The notes under the pieces are model-generated. The model was given only the letters and a program-made list of their open reading frames with translations, was not told the origin of the DNA and made no database searches. Shown one piece after another: positions 23,903 through 34,200 of a stretch of 64,000 nt of DNA (positions within the stretch are counted from its first letter, which is position 1; every line of letters begins with the position of its first letter). The position numbers and the translations under genes are program-made. The DNA is from Nibricoccus sp. (GTDB lineage: Bacteria > Verrucomicrobiota > Verrucomicrobiia > Opitutales > Opitutaceae), in assembly GCA_047602425.1 (NCBI GenBank), contig JASGHG010000001.1, forward strand, positions 2,336,001 through 2,400,000, in the 5' to 3' direction.

Positions 23903-25597
23903 TCAAAGCAGATCCACGCAATCAATGCTGTAGCCGGCGCTGAGGTAGCCGGTCGCGGCGCCACTGCCGGAGATCGGCGTGATCGTGAGCGTATTGGTGC
24001 CGGTCACGAACGTGTTGGCGGGAATCGCGAATGTGTACGTGGTGTTGTTGCCGCGATACGTGCCGACGGTGAGGGTGCGTGTGCTCGGCTGGGTCGAGGC
24101 GCTGGCATTGGCGGAGTTCCAACCACCGTTGATCGTGATGTCGGGACGGGCGCCGGCGTAGGCGACCGTGATGCCGACGCGGAGGGTGCGCGCGGTGGCA
24201 ACTTGAGCGACCGTGAGGGTGAACTGGATGTTTTGCGTGCCGTTTACCCCTTTCCACTGGTAGCAGGGAAAGCTCGAAGCGCTGCTGCTACCGACTACAT
24301 ATGTCCCCGGCGACCAGCTGGCGAGACGCGGGTCCTGTGGATGCATGGTGGTGATCGAGGAGCCGTTGCGGAATTCGGTCGGTGTGCCGTCCCAGTTGCC
24401 AATGCGCCAGAGGGCGGCCTGCGAGCTTGGATCACCGGTGATGGTTAGGGTATTGAGGGCGACGGTGCCTCCGGCGGTGACGGTCACGGAGCCGGTATAG
24501 ACCGCGAGCTCATTTTTGTAGATTTTCATTGTATAGGTGCCGGGTCGCATGCCGGCACAGGAGAACGCGCCATTGCTTGCAGCGGCGGTGCACCAGTATT
24601 GGGCGGTCGAGTTGGAAAAGCCGACGGTGTAAGTGTACGCGGTATCGCGGCCGGAGATGCCGACACCGGCGACTTTGCCACGGCCGGAGGCGGCGAGATA
24701 GCCGCTCAGGCCCATGCTGCCGAACCAGGAAGTATCGATCGACGTGGAAGGCGCGCCGCCAGTGGTGGCGACGAAGGTATAGGCATTGAGGATGCCGGTG
24801 CGCATGGCCTCGGTCTGGGCTTCGCCGTAGTTGACGATGTAAGTGATTTCCTGATCGCCGCCGCACTGGTTGAGGAGACAGCGATAGAACGGACCACCGG
24901 AAGCGCCTTCATTGTTGTCGCGCACAACCCACATGCCGACGCCGGAGCCGGAGGCGCCAATGTAGGACCAATCCTTGAGCCGCATGTTGGAGTAATGCTT
25001 GGAGCGAGTCTGGCCGTTGCTAAGAGCAAAGATGTCGCCCGACTCGATGGTGGTGGTAACATTACGGATATCGGATGGTGTGGGTCCGTTGGGCAACAAG
25101 GTCGATGGAATGCGGACGATATAGCGCACGAGGCCGTGGATGTCGGGCTCGGTCGTAAAATAGGTTGCCATGTAGATATGCGGATAGCCGGAGCGCGCCA
25201 TGTAGTAGTGCGTGAGATTGCCGGCCTGCACGGTGACCTTGATGTAACTCGTGTTGATCACAGAGGCACTCACCGAGACAGCGCTAACCCCGGTGTAGAG
25301 GTAGTCAAAGCCGGAGGTGATCTGCGAGCCGCGGGTCTGGTTCTGGTATTCGACACCATTCCAGACGAGGCTCATAATATCGCCCGCGGATTGGGTATTG
25401 GAACCGTTGTCGGTGCGGCGGACCTTGAAGACGAGACCGGCGCCAGTGTCTACCTGATAGTAGTCGGTTGCGGTTGTGAGACCGAAAGCGCCGAACATCG
25501 AAACAGGGACAAACAGGCACAGCGCGAGGACGATGAAACGCGAGACCCGGGAGCGGGCACGCGGTTGACTTTGGGGTATATATGATTGTGGGGTCAT
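23903..25597 (-). CDS. Rhamnogalacturonan lyase, PL4 (RhgB-like)
   Basis: Signal peptide then AFGLTT...VDTG; RSKHYS, SGGPFYR, WRIGNWDGTP and GTYRGNN motifs of PL4. Confidence 0.85.
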   Translation of the reverse strand: MTPQSYIPQSQPRARSRVSRFIVLALCLFVPVSMFGAFGLTTATDYYQVDTGAGLVFKVRRTDNGSNTQSAGDIMSLVWNGVEYQNQTRGSQITSGFDYLYTGVSAVSVSASVINTSYIKVTVQAGNLTHYYMARSGYPHIYMATYFTTEPDIHGLVRYIVRIPSTLLPNGPTPSDIRNVTTTIESGDIFALSNGQTRSKHYSNMRLKDWSYIGASGSGVGMWVVRDNNEGASGGPFYRCLLNQCGGDQEITYIVNYGEAQTEAMRTGILNAYTFVATTGGAPSTSIDTSWFGSMGLSGYLAASGRGKVAGVGISGRDTAYTYTVGFSNSTAQYWCTAAASNGAFSCAGMRPGTYTMKIYKNELAVYTGSVTVTAGGTVALNTLTITGDPSSQAALWRIGNWDGTPTEFRNGSSITTMHPQDPRLASWSPGTYVVGSSSASSFPCYQWKGVNGTQNIQFTLTVAQVATARTLRVGITVAYAGARPDITINGGWNSANASASTQPSTRTLTVGTYRGNNTTYTFAIPANTFVTGTNTLTITPISGSGAATGYLSAGYSIDCVDLL

Positions 25598-25605
25598 AGG
25601 AAAAA

Positions 25606-26562
25606 CTAGAGCGCCTCGATTGGACGATTGAGCGCGGCGAGGAGGGTTTGGCGTTGCTCGGGGTTGAAGTCGGACGAACCAGCCAGATAGCGACGGGCCG
25701 CAGCCGGGTCGTTGGCCGACCATTCGCGAACCACGTGGTCGAGGGTGTCGCGACGCAACTCTGGATCGGTGATCGTTTCAGCCCAACGCAACCTCTGGCT
25801 AGTGGAGTGCAGGGCGGCATCGGTTTTCGAAGCGAGAGCGGCGAAAAAAATATTTCTTTCGACTGGTTCGGTTAACAGTGTGGCGCAGTTGGCGACGGCG
25901 GAGGGGTCCTGTTGAATCCAAGGATCGAGTGCGGCGGCCAGTGCGGCGCTGCGATACGGGCTGGCGGGCAGGGCGAGGGCATAACGACCGAGCTCGGCTG
26001 GCGCGGAGGCGGCCCAATTTTTTGCGACGAGGGCGAAAGTTTCGGAGTCGACAGCATTCTGACGGAGCTGGTCGACGATCAGGTTGCCGGCGTCCGGCTC
26101 GGTGCGAGCCCAGTGGCTGAGGATGAGTTGCAGCCACTCCGCGCGGTTGGCGTCGGGACCATACTGGGCAATTTCGAGGGCAGACGCATGATGAGAGCCG
26201 CGGACGAGCGCACCGATCAGGATCGTGCCAATTTCGTCGGCGCGACCGGGAAACTCACGCATGAGTTGCCGGCCGAGATCGACGGCGGCGGCGGGATTTT
26301 CGGTTAGCGTTTCCAGTGCCTGCATCGTTGCAGCATCGCCAACGACAGACGTCTGGAGTGCAGCGGAAAGCTGATTGCGGACATCGTCGTTGATGACCGG
26401 CCGGTTGGGGAGAGCAGGCGCGGATGGCCGCGAACTCACGGTGGAGGGCGCGCGAGGGAAATTGATTGACGGCGAATTTAGCCGGTACGCGACAGCGGCG
26501 AGTGCGACGGAGGCGCTGAGGCAGACGGAGAGAAGCAGTCCTTTTGACGGGATGCGCGGCAT
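25606..26562 (-). CDS. Membrane-anchored alpha-helical repeat protein (W..xDPxAA repeats)
   Basis: N-terminal TM segment, repeated WA..P / W...DP.AA; co-oriented and abutting the PL4 gene. Confidence 0.6.
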   Translation of the reverse strand: MPRIPSKGLLLSVCLSASVALAAVAYRLNSPSINFPRAPSTVSSRPSAPALPNRPVINDDVRNQLSAALQTSVVGDAATMQALETLTENPAAAVDLGRQLMREFPGRADEIGTILIGALVRGSHHASALEIAQYGPDANRAEWLQLILSHWARTEPDAGNLIVDQLRQNAVDSETFALVAKNWAASAPAELGRYALALPASPYRSAALAAALDPWIQQDPSAVANCATLLTEPVERNIFFAALASKTDAALHSTSQRLRWAETITDPELRRDTLDHVVREWSANDPAAARRYLAGSSDFNPEQRQTLLAALNRPIEAL

Positions 26563-26840
26563 GGGGTGGGGTAGAGCCCGGGGCGGGCCAAAAGCGAAGC
26601 GGGATGATTGAACCAGTTTTGCGGATCGCCCAACCAGCCCCAGAACTGGGGATTTTTTGATGACAAATTGATGACACAAAAAAGGGTATTCTGCTGGCTG
26701 GTCAGCGGACAGCGCACGCTCTGCGACGCGCGAACCGCGGCCGAGTTTTGATTTTTTGTCACGCTTGCACTTCAGAGGACCATGGTCGGCGCATGTGAAT
26801 TGCCATCTGCTGCAGACTGTGGAATTGCTTGGTCGCTCCT

Positions 26841-27422
26841 ATGGAAAACACAGATCCAATTACTCTTTTTAAGGAATGGCAGGAAGACGCGCGCAAAGCC
26901 GGCGTCATCGATCCTACGGCGATGTCGCTCGCGACCGTTGATGCGCAGGGACGGCCGGCCGTGCGCATGGTTTTGCTCAAGGGTGTCGATGAGCGCGGGT
27001 TCGTTTTCTACACGAATCTCGACAGCCCCAAAGCGGCCGACCTCAAGGTGCATCCGCACGCGGCGCTGTGTTTTCATTGGGCGCAAAGCGAGCGTCAGGT
27101 GCGCGTCGACGGTCCGGTCGAGCCGGTGACCGACGCCGAGGCCGATGCCTATTTCGCGTCGCGTCCGCGGCTCAGCCAGATCGGCGCGTGGGCCTCGAAA
27201 CAGTCGAAGCCGATGGAAGGCTACTGGGAATTGGAAAAAGCCGTTGCGGCCACGACGCTGCGCTTTCCTTTTGGTGCGATCCCGCGCCCGCCAAACTGGT
27301 CGGGATTTCGGGTGAAACCGGAGGAAATCGAGTTCTGGCATCAACATCCATTTAGGCATCACAAACGGTTCGTCTACCGCCGTGACAGGTCCGTTTGGAA
27401 GATGCAGTGGCTGTTTCCATAG
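26841..27422 (+). CDS. pdxH: Pyridoxamine 5'-phosphate oxidase
   Basis: RMVLLKG, FYTN, YFASRPRLSQIGAWASKQS, EFW. Confidence 0.95.
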   Translation: MENTDPITLFKEWQEDARKAGVIDPTAMSLATVDAQGRPAVRMVLLKGVDERGFVFYTNLDSPKAADLKVHPHAALCFHWAQSERQVRVDGPVEPVTDAEADAYFASRPRLSQIGAWASKQSKPMEGYWELEKAVAATTLRFPFGAIPRPPNWSGFRVKPEEIEFWHQHPFRHHKRFVYRRDRSVWKMQWLFP

Positions 27423-27542
27423 CAGCTGGGTTGCGGTTGGTTTGCCGAGGGCAGATGGAAAACCGCCGCCTCCCGGCGAAAAATTCATCTTTGTTGTGCG
27501 ATTCTCGATTCGGCGCTGTTAATAGAGAAAAGCACTCCAACC

Positions 27543-28445
27543 ATGAAGCTCTGTCCATCGTTTCCCCTCGTCTTCCGCTGCGCGGCTTTGTTCTGCGTGA
27601 CGTTTTTTGCGACCTGCCTGCTCCCTGGCCAAACCGACGCCAAGAAACAAGAAGCGCCGGCCGATTCGCCGGTGAAGGCCGTTGTCGAGAATCGCGACGC
27701 ATTGCTCGCACGACTGACGAAGGCATTGAGCTACGGTAGTGAAATAGGCTTCGCAAAGCCTTCGAAAACCGACGTGGTGGTGGCGCTGGGAGTCATTGGA
27801 GACGAACACGCTGTTCCTGCGCTGGCTGAACATCTGGCCAACAACGAAAACAAATTTCTTCGCCTAAGAATCGTGCGTGCCTTGGGTTGGATTGGCGGTA
27901 CGCAGGTGGTCCCTCCCTTGGAGAAAGCGCTCAAGGACGAATATCCTCCAGTGCGGAAACAGGCCGCTGACGTCTTGCGGCAACTCACGGGACGCGATTA
28001 TGAATATGACAGGACGGGTCAGCCCGAAAGTTTTAGCGCGAATAATACGGACACTCCCTCTGCCAACGACGGCGCGCGGCTGGAGGAGATTGCGCGGGAA
28101 GTCGCCACGCGCCGCGAGATCCGACAGGCCGCAATGGCTGGCACGGATGCTCCTTTGAAAAAGAAGATAGTCGAACCAGTTGATATTGCTATGGAGGACC
28201 TGCCCGCACGCTTGGTTGCGAAAACGTACTCGGATCTTACCGGAAAGCTGGTGCTGGTAAGCCCGAAAATAGCCGCAGCGGCCATCACCTGCAAAATTGA
28301 AAAAACCACGCTGGCGGACGCAAAAGCGATCTTAACCAGGGCCCTGTTGGACGCGGGTGTGCAAGTGGTGGAACTGGAGCGCGGAGTGATCGCGTTCACG
28401 CCAGTCGATTCCACCAAGCCCGCCGACAAAGTGGTGAAGCCATAG
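27543..28445 (+). CDS. Secreted HEAT-repeat protein with C-terminal secretin-N-like domain
   Basis: Signal peptide; ALGVIGDEHAVPAL and ALGWIGG...VPPLEKAL repeats; YSDLTGKLVLV. Confidence 0.6.
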   Translation: MKLCPSFPLVFRCAALFCVTFFATCLLPGQTDAKKQEAPADSPVKAVVENRDALLARLTKALSYGSEIGFAKPSKTDVVVALGVIGDEHAVPALAEHLANNENKFLRLRIVRALGWIGGTQVVPPLEKALKDEYPPVRKQAADVLRQLTGRDYEYDRTGQPESFSANNTDTPSANDGARLEEIAREVATRREIRQAAMAGTDAPLKKKIVEPVDIAMEDLPARLVAKTYSDLTGKLVLVSPKIAAAAITCKIEKTTLADAKAILTRALLDAGVQVVELERGVIAFTPVDSTKPADKVVKP

Positions 28446-28484
28446 CCGGCAATCCTCGCGGCAGAGCGTTTCAATCGCACAGGC

Positions 28485-30083
28485 ATGAATGACGACGCCA
28501 AGCTCCTGTTGCGCTATGTTCGGGATCATTCGCAAGCGGCCTTTGCCGAGCTGGTGCGCCGTCACATCGACCTTGTTTACTCGGCCGCGGTCCGGCGGTG
28601 TAACGGCGACACCCACAAAGCCGAGGACGCCGTGCAGCAAGTTTTCCTGTCGCTCGCGAAAAACGCCGAAAAACTTGCGAGCCATCCCGTGCTCGAAGCC
28701 TGGCTCTATTCCGCGACGCGCAACGTCGTTATCAACTCGGCCTTGGCTGAGCAGCGGCGCGCGAAGAGGGACGAGGAGGCGGCGATGAGTGCCCTGTTGA
28801 CCGCCGAGGAGCCGGCGCCCGATTGGAGCGAGTTGAGGCCCGTGCTCGACGACGTGATGGACGAATTGAGCGAGCCGGATCGCACGGCGGTGCTCATGCG
28901 GTTTTTCAAAAAACATTCGTTCGCGGAAATCGGTGCATCGCTCAACATTTCCGAAAACACCGCGCGCATGCGGACCGAGCGGGCGCTGGAAAAACTGCGC
29001 GGGTTACTCGCAAAACGCGGTGTGAAGTCGAGCGCCGGAGTGCTCGGCTTGGTACTCACGCGGCAAGCAGTGGTCGCAGCACCGGTAGCGATTGCAGTGG
29101 GCGTGACGGCCTATGTTTTGGGTTTGCCAAAGGGTTCGACTATCTCCGCAACAGCGGGTACGATGAAGATGGTTTTGACGGCGCTGGTGCTGGCAACCAT
29201 GGCGGTGTTGGTGACGGTGGGCTTTTATTCGGTACGGAGGGCAAAAATTAGGTCGTCGAACAGCCTCGAAGTTTGGACAGCTACTGCTATGACACCCGCG
29301 GTGGATAATTCGCGAGAAAAAAATTCCACGGTCAATGTGAAGGCTGCGGACGACCGCGTGGCCACTTCGGCAAGAGCGATTGTTGCGGCACAATTGCCAA
29401 CGGCAGATTCCGATCCGAAGGCAGTGGAAATCTTGCAGAAGATGGCAGTGACCTATGCTGACTTTTTGACCTATCAGGACAGAAGCGAAGTCACACTAGT
29501 AACATCTGAAGGCACAAAATTGAGTACAGTCATAGGCCAAACGATATTTCAGCGTGCAGGAGGATTTAAGATGGTTTGGCGTCGTACACAGCAGAGCCGC
29601 GACGCAATCAATGGAAAAATTCTCAACGATGGCAGACGGACTGAGGTATGGAGTACTGGCAGCAACGGCCAAGTCATGCCGACATTGCTCTCAGCTTTTC
29701 GGAGCGAACAAATGCTGACCTATGGAAGTTCCTATTTCGTGCCCCGGTTACTCGCGAGCGGTGACGGAACGCCGTCCTTTCCTCTCGATGAAATACACGG
29801 CGTGAAGCTCGTTGGAGAAGGGGTTGTGGACGGGGTCTCCTGTTACAAAATCGTGGGTTCGCGGGCCGACGGCGCTCTGCAGGAGCTCTTGATCGGAAAG
29901 AATGATTACGTGCTCAGGACTATAAAAACGAACCTGTTGGATCCTGCCTCAAAAACTTCGGATAAGCCGGCGTCAATTTTTGGCGTGCGGATGGAGATCC
30001 GTTGGGAAATTTCCTTCAACAAGGTAGTTGAGGATGGAGCCTTTGCGGAGGCTGGATTGGGACCGACGCCCTCTACCAAATAA
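28485..30083 (+). CDS. ECF sigma-70 factor with TM segment and periplasmic LolA-like extension
   Basis: DAKLL..Y...SQAAFAELVRRH region 2, EIGASLNISENTARMRTERAL region 4, TM helix, then EILQKMAVTY...YQD domain. Confidence 0.85.
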   Translation: MNDDAKLLLRYVRDHSQAAFAELVRRHIDLVYSAAVRRCNGDTHKAEDAVQQVFLSLAKNAEKLASHPVLEAWLYSATRNVVINSALAEQRRAKRDEEAAMSALLTAEEPAPDWSELRPVLDDVMDELSEPDRTAVLMRFFKKHSFAEIGASLNISENTARMRTERALEKLRGLLAKRGVKSSAGVLGLVLTRQAVVAAPVAIAVGVTAYVLGLPKGSTISATAGTMKMVLTALVLATMAVLVTVGFYSVRRAKIRSSNSLEVWTATAMTPAVDNSREKNSTVNVKAADDRVATSARAIVAAQLPTADSDPKAVEILQKMAVTYADFLTYQDRSEVTLVTSEGTKLSTVIGQTIFQRAGGFKMVWRRTQQSRDAINGKILNDGRRTEVWSTGSNGQVMPTLLSAFRSEQMLTYGSSYFVPRLLASGDGTPSFPLDEIHGVKLVGEGVVDGVSCYKIVGSRADGALQELLIGKNDYVLRTIKTNLLDPASKTSDKPASIFGVRMEIRWEISFNKVVEDGAFAEAGLGPTPSTK

Positions 30084-30111
30084 AAAAGCCCGCGCTTTGC
30101 GGCGCGGGCTT
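30082..30111 (-). terminator. Terminator between convergent genes
   Basis: AAGCCCGCGC/GCGCGGGCTT stem with an A-tract on the left. Confidence 0.75.
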
Positions 30112-30155
30112 GGGAGAAAGAGGAAAGATAAAGAGAACGAGAAAGATTTTTTCGT

Positions 30156-31148
30156 TCAAACCTTCCAAAGCTGGAGGGTGCGGAGGTAGTTGCCGCGTTC
30201 GTAGGCTTCTTGGTCGGGGCAGCTCTTCAGGCTGAGGGCGCCGATCATCTGTTCGACGGACTCGTACTCGTGCTCCTGCATCCAGGCTTTGAGGCCGGTG
30301 AGGATTTCGCCGAGGCGGGCCGGGCCTTTTGTGAGCAATTCAGCGACGATTTGCACCGAGTCAGCGCCAGCGAGCAGGGCCTTCACGACGTCGGTTGGCG
30401 TATGCACGCCGCCGGAGCAGGCGACGCTCAAGCTAACTTGATCGTGGAGCAGGCCGAGCCAGCGGAGGCGCAGGCGGAGATCTTCGGAAGTCGAAAGGTC
30501 GAGTTTAGGAGTAACGTCGAGTTCGTCTGTATTGATTTCCGGCTGGAAGAAACGGTTGAAGAGGACGACACCGTCGATTTTTTCATCTTCGAGACGGCCG
30601 ACGAGATGAGCGACGCAGGTATAGAAAGGCGAGAGCTTCACTGCGATCGGGATCTGAACGGCGGCACGAACGGCGCGGGCGATTTCCACGACGCGGTTTT
30701 CCAAAGCCGAGGCGCAGAGGCGGCGGCTGGAACCGAGGAAGTAGGTATTCAGCTCGAGGGCATCGGCGCCGGCTTTTTCGATCAGCTTGGCGTGTTCGAT
30801 CCACGAGCCGGCGTTGGTGCCGTTAAGCGAGGCGATAACAGGCAGTTCGGTCTTGGCTTTGATCTTCGCGATATGGCCGAGATACTCATCGGGTCCGAGC
30901 GTGAAACCGTCGGTGGAGGGGAAGAAACTAGTGGCTTCGGCGAAGTTGTCCTGCCAGCGCTCGATGTGGTGGTCGAAGGCGATTTGGTTGCCTTCAATTT
31001 GTTCGGCGAAGAGCGAGTGCATGACGATGGCGGAGGCGCCGGCATCTTCGAGACGTTTGATGTTGTCGATATTATCGACGAGCGGGGACGCACCCGGCAT
31101 GAGTGGGTTCTTGAGTTCCAGGCCGAGGTATTTGGTTTTGAGATTCAT
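30156..31148 (-). CDS. Dihydroorotate dehydrogenase-like protein (nifJ-associated type)
   Basis: YLGLELKNPL, SLFAEQI, VKLSPFY, FNRFFQP, SGGVH, YERGNY. Confidence 0.88.
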   Translation of the reverse strand: MNLKTKYLGLELKNPLMPGASPLVDNIDNIKRLEDAGASAIVMHSLFAEQIEGNQIAFDHHIERWQDNFAEATSFFPSTDGFTLGPDEYLGHIAKIKAKTELPVIASLNGTNAGSWIEHAKLIEKAGADALELNTYFLGSSRRLCASALENRVVEIARAVRAAVQIPIAVKLSPFYTCVAHLVGRLEDEKIDGVVLFNRFFQPEINTDELDVTPKLDLSTSEDLRLRLRWLGLLHDQVSLSVACSGGVHTPTDVVKALLAGADSVQIVAELLTKGPARLGEILTGLKAWMQEHEYESVEQMIGALSLKSCPDQEAYERGNYLRTLQLWKV

Positions 31149-31183
31149 TTGGGAGACAGTGAAAGGAGGTTGGAAAGGTTTTC

Positions 31184-31219
31184 AAAAAAAGGAGTGCGCT
31201 TTTTTTGGCGCACTCCTTT
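31184..31219 (-). terminator. Terminator-like hairpin between nifJ and the DHODH-like gene
   Basis: AAAGGAGTGCGC/GCGCACTCCTTT stem with a T-run on the minus strand. Confidence 0.6.
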
Positions 31220-31228
31220 GAGAGAACT

Positions 31229-34200
31229 TTAGGCGGAGGGCTTGGCCGGCGGCGCCTCCTTGGCGGGGGCGGCTGGTGCGGCAGGCGTCATGGGCGTGAC
31301 GACTTTGGCTCCAGCGGCGGCCAGATGCTGGTAGCCGGCGAAGCGTTCGTCGACGGCGGCCTGGGCCTTCTTACCGAGCATGGCGGCGTGCTCCGGGTTG
31401 GCCTTGGTGAGGGCCTGGAAGCGGAGCTCGTTGGCCATGAAATTGGCCACGGGAACCTTCGGTGCGGCGGAGTCGAGGAGCATCGGAGCCTGGCCCTTTT
31501 CGATGCGAGCCGGGTCGTAGCGGAACATCGGCCAATAACCCGTATCAACCGCCAACTTCTGCTGATCGAGGCCATTGGCGATATTGTAGCCGTGGGCGAT
31601 ACAGTGCGAGTAAGCGATGATGAGGGAGACACCGGGATGTTTCTCGGCTTCGACGAAGGCTTGCACGGTCTGGCTGTCCTTGGCGCCAAGAGCGATCTTG
31701 GCGACGTAGACGTTGCCGTACGAAGCGGCGATCATGGCGAGATCCTTCTTGTTGGTCTCCTTGCCGCCGGCGGCGAATTTGGCGATCGCGCCGATCGGAG
31801 TCGACTTCGAGCACTGGCCACCGGTGTTGGAGTATACTTCGGTGTCGAGCACGAGGATGTTGATCTTGCGACCGGAGGCGAAGACGTGGTCGAGGCCACC
31901 GAAACCAATGTCATAGGCCCAACCGTCGCCACCGAGAATCCAGACGGATTTCTTGACGAGGTAGTCGGCGAGCGTGAGCAGCGACTTGGCTTTCTCGTCG
32001 TTCAGCCCGGCGAGGAGTTTCTTCAACTGTTCGACGTGGCCGCGAACCGTCGCGATGCCGGCGTCATTGGATTGATCGGTCTTCTGGATACCGTCGACAA
32101 GGGCGGCCGGGAGCTGGGCGGCGAGTTCGCCGAGCAGGCGGGCCGACTGAACGGCGAGCTGATCGACGCCGGCGCGGATGCCGAGGCCGTATTCAGCATT
32201 GTCTTCGAATAGTGAGTTGGACCAGGCGGGGCCGCGACCCTCGGGGGTCGTGGTGTAAGGTGTGGTCGGCAGATTGCCGCCGTAGATGGAGGAACAGCCG
32301 GTGGCGTTGGCCACGAGGAGGCGGTCGCCGTAGAGCTGGGTGAGCAGCTTGACGTACGGGGTTTCGCCGCAGCCCGTGCAGGCGCCGGAGTATTCGAACA
32401 GCGGCTGGCGGAACTGGGTGCCCTTGACGGTATCCTGCAACAGCGCGGCGGGGGCCGGCGGCAGTTTTAGGAAGAAGTCGTAGTTGTTGCGCTCCTGTAC
32501 ACGCAGCGGAGGCTGCGGAGCCATCATGAGGGCTTTGCGCTTGATGTCGGACTTGTCCTTCGCAGGGCAGACCTTGGCGCAGAGCGTGCAGCCGGTGCAA
32601 TCTTCCGGAGCGACCTGGATGGTGTACAGGTGGTTCGGCACATCTTTGACCTTGAGGTCGGTCTTTTTAAACGTCTCAGGAGCGCCGGCGGCGGCGTCCT
32701 TCGGATAAGCGGCACAACGGATGGCGGCGTGCGGGCAAACCATGACGCACTTGTTGCACTGAATGCAGAGCGATGGATCCCACACGGGAATTTCGAGGGC
32801 GATATTGCGTTTTTCCCACTGCGTGGTCGAAACGGGGAACTGGCCGTCAGCGGCAAACGCACTGACCGGCAGGCGGTCGCCATCACCGGCCATCATGACG
32901 GCGGTGATGCGCTTGACGTAGTCGGGCGCGACAGCGGCGACGACGGGCTGGCGAGCTTCCTTCGCGGTAACGGCGCAAGGAACCTTGATCTCGTGCAAAG
33001 CGGCGAGCGAGGCATCGACGGCGGCGTGGTTCTTGGCCACGACGGCGTCGCCCTTCTTGCCGTAGGTTTTCTTGATCGCGTATTTGATCGCCTCGATGGC
33101 TTCCTCACGCGGCAGAACACCGGAGAGGGCGAAGAAACACGTCTGCATGACGGTGTTGATCTGGCCACCCATGCCGGCGGCGCGGGCGACGGAGTAAGCG
33201 TCGATGGCGAAGAGTTTCAATTTCTTCGCGATGATCGTGCTCTGAACTTCGCGTGGCAGACGATCCCAAACCTGATCGGCGGGGACGTTGAGATTGATCA
33301 GGAGCGTGGCGCCGGTTGCGGCCTGGCCGAGCACTTCGATGCGTTCCATGAACGGGAAGTGGTGGATGGCGACGAAGCTGGCCTGGCTGATGAGGTACGG
33401 CGAGCGAATCGGCTTCGGGCCGAAGCGCAGGTGAGAGACGGTCATCGCGCCGGACTTCTTCGAGTCATAAACGAAGTAGCCTTGGGCGTAGAGATCGGTT
33501 CCCTCGCCGATGATCTTGATGGAATTCTTGTTCGCACCGACGGTGCCGTCAGCGCCCAGTCCGTAGAACAGCGCGCGGCGGGTGTCGGGCGTTTCGATGT
33601 CGAACGTCTCGTCGTAGTTGAGCGAAAGGCGGGTGACATCGTCGTTGATGCCGACGGTGAAACGCTTCTTCGGGCTGGCGGATTTGAGCTCGTCGAACAC
33701 GGCTTTGACCATCGCGGGCGTGAACTCTTTCGAGCCGAGGCCGTAGCGGCCGCCGACGATGGAAACCTTGCCGCAGCGGTCGCTCTCGTAGAGGGCAGTG
33801 GCGACGTCCTGGAACAGTGGTTCGCCGAGGGCGCCCGGTTCCTTGGTGCGATCGAGAACAGCGATGCTCTTCACCGTCTTCGGCAGCGCGGCTAACATGG
33901 CTTTCGCGTCGAACGGACGGAAGAGACGCACGGTGACGACGCCGGTCTTTTCGCCCTTGGCGTTGAGGAAGGCGGAGGTTTCGGCGACGGTCTCGGCGCC
34001 GGAGCCCATGATAACAACGACGCGCTCAGCATCGGGTGCACCTTCGTAGTCGAAGAGGTTGTATTTGCGGCCGGTGCGGGCAGCGAGGTCGGCAAAGGCT
34101 TCCTGCACGGCGCCAGCGACGGCATCGTAGTAGGAGTTGCAAGCTTCGCGGGCTTGGAAGAACACGTCGGGATTCTGCGCGGTGCCGCGAATCGAAGGAC

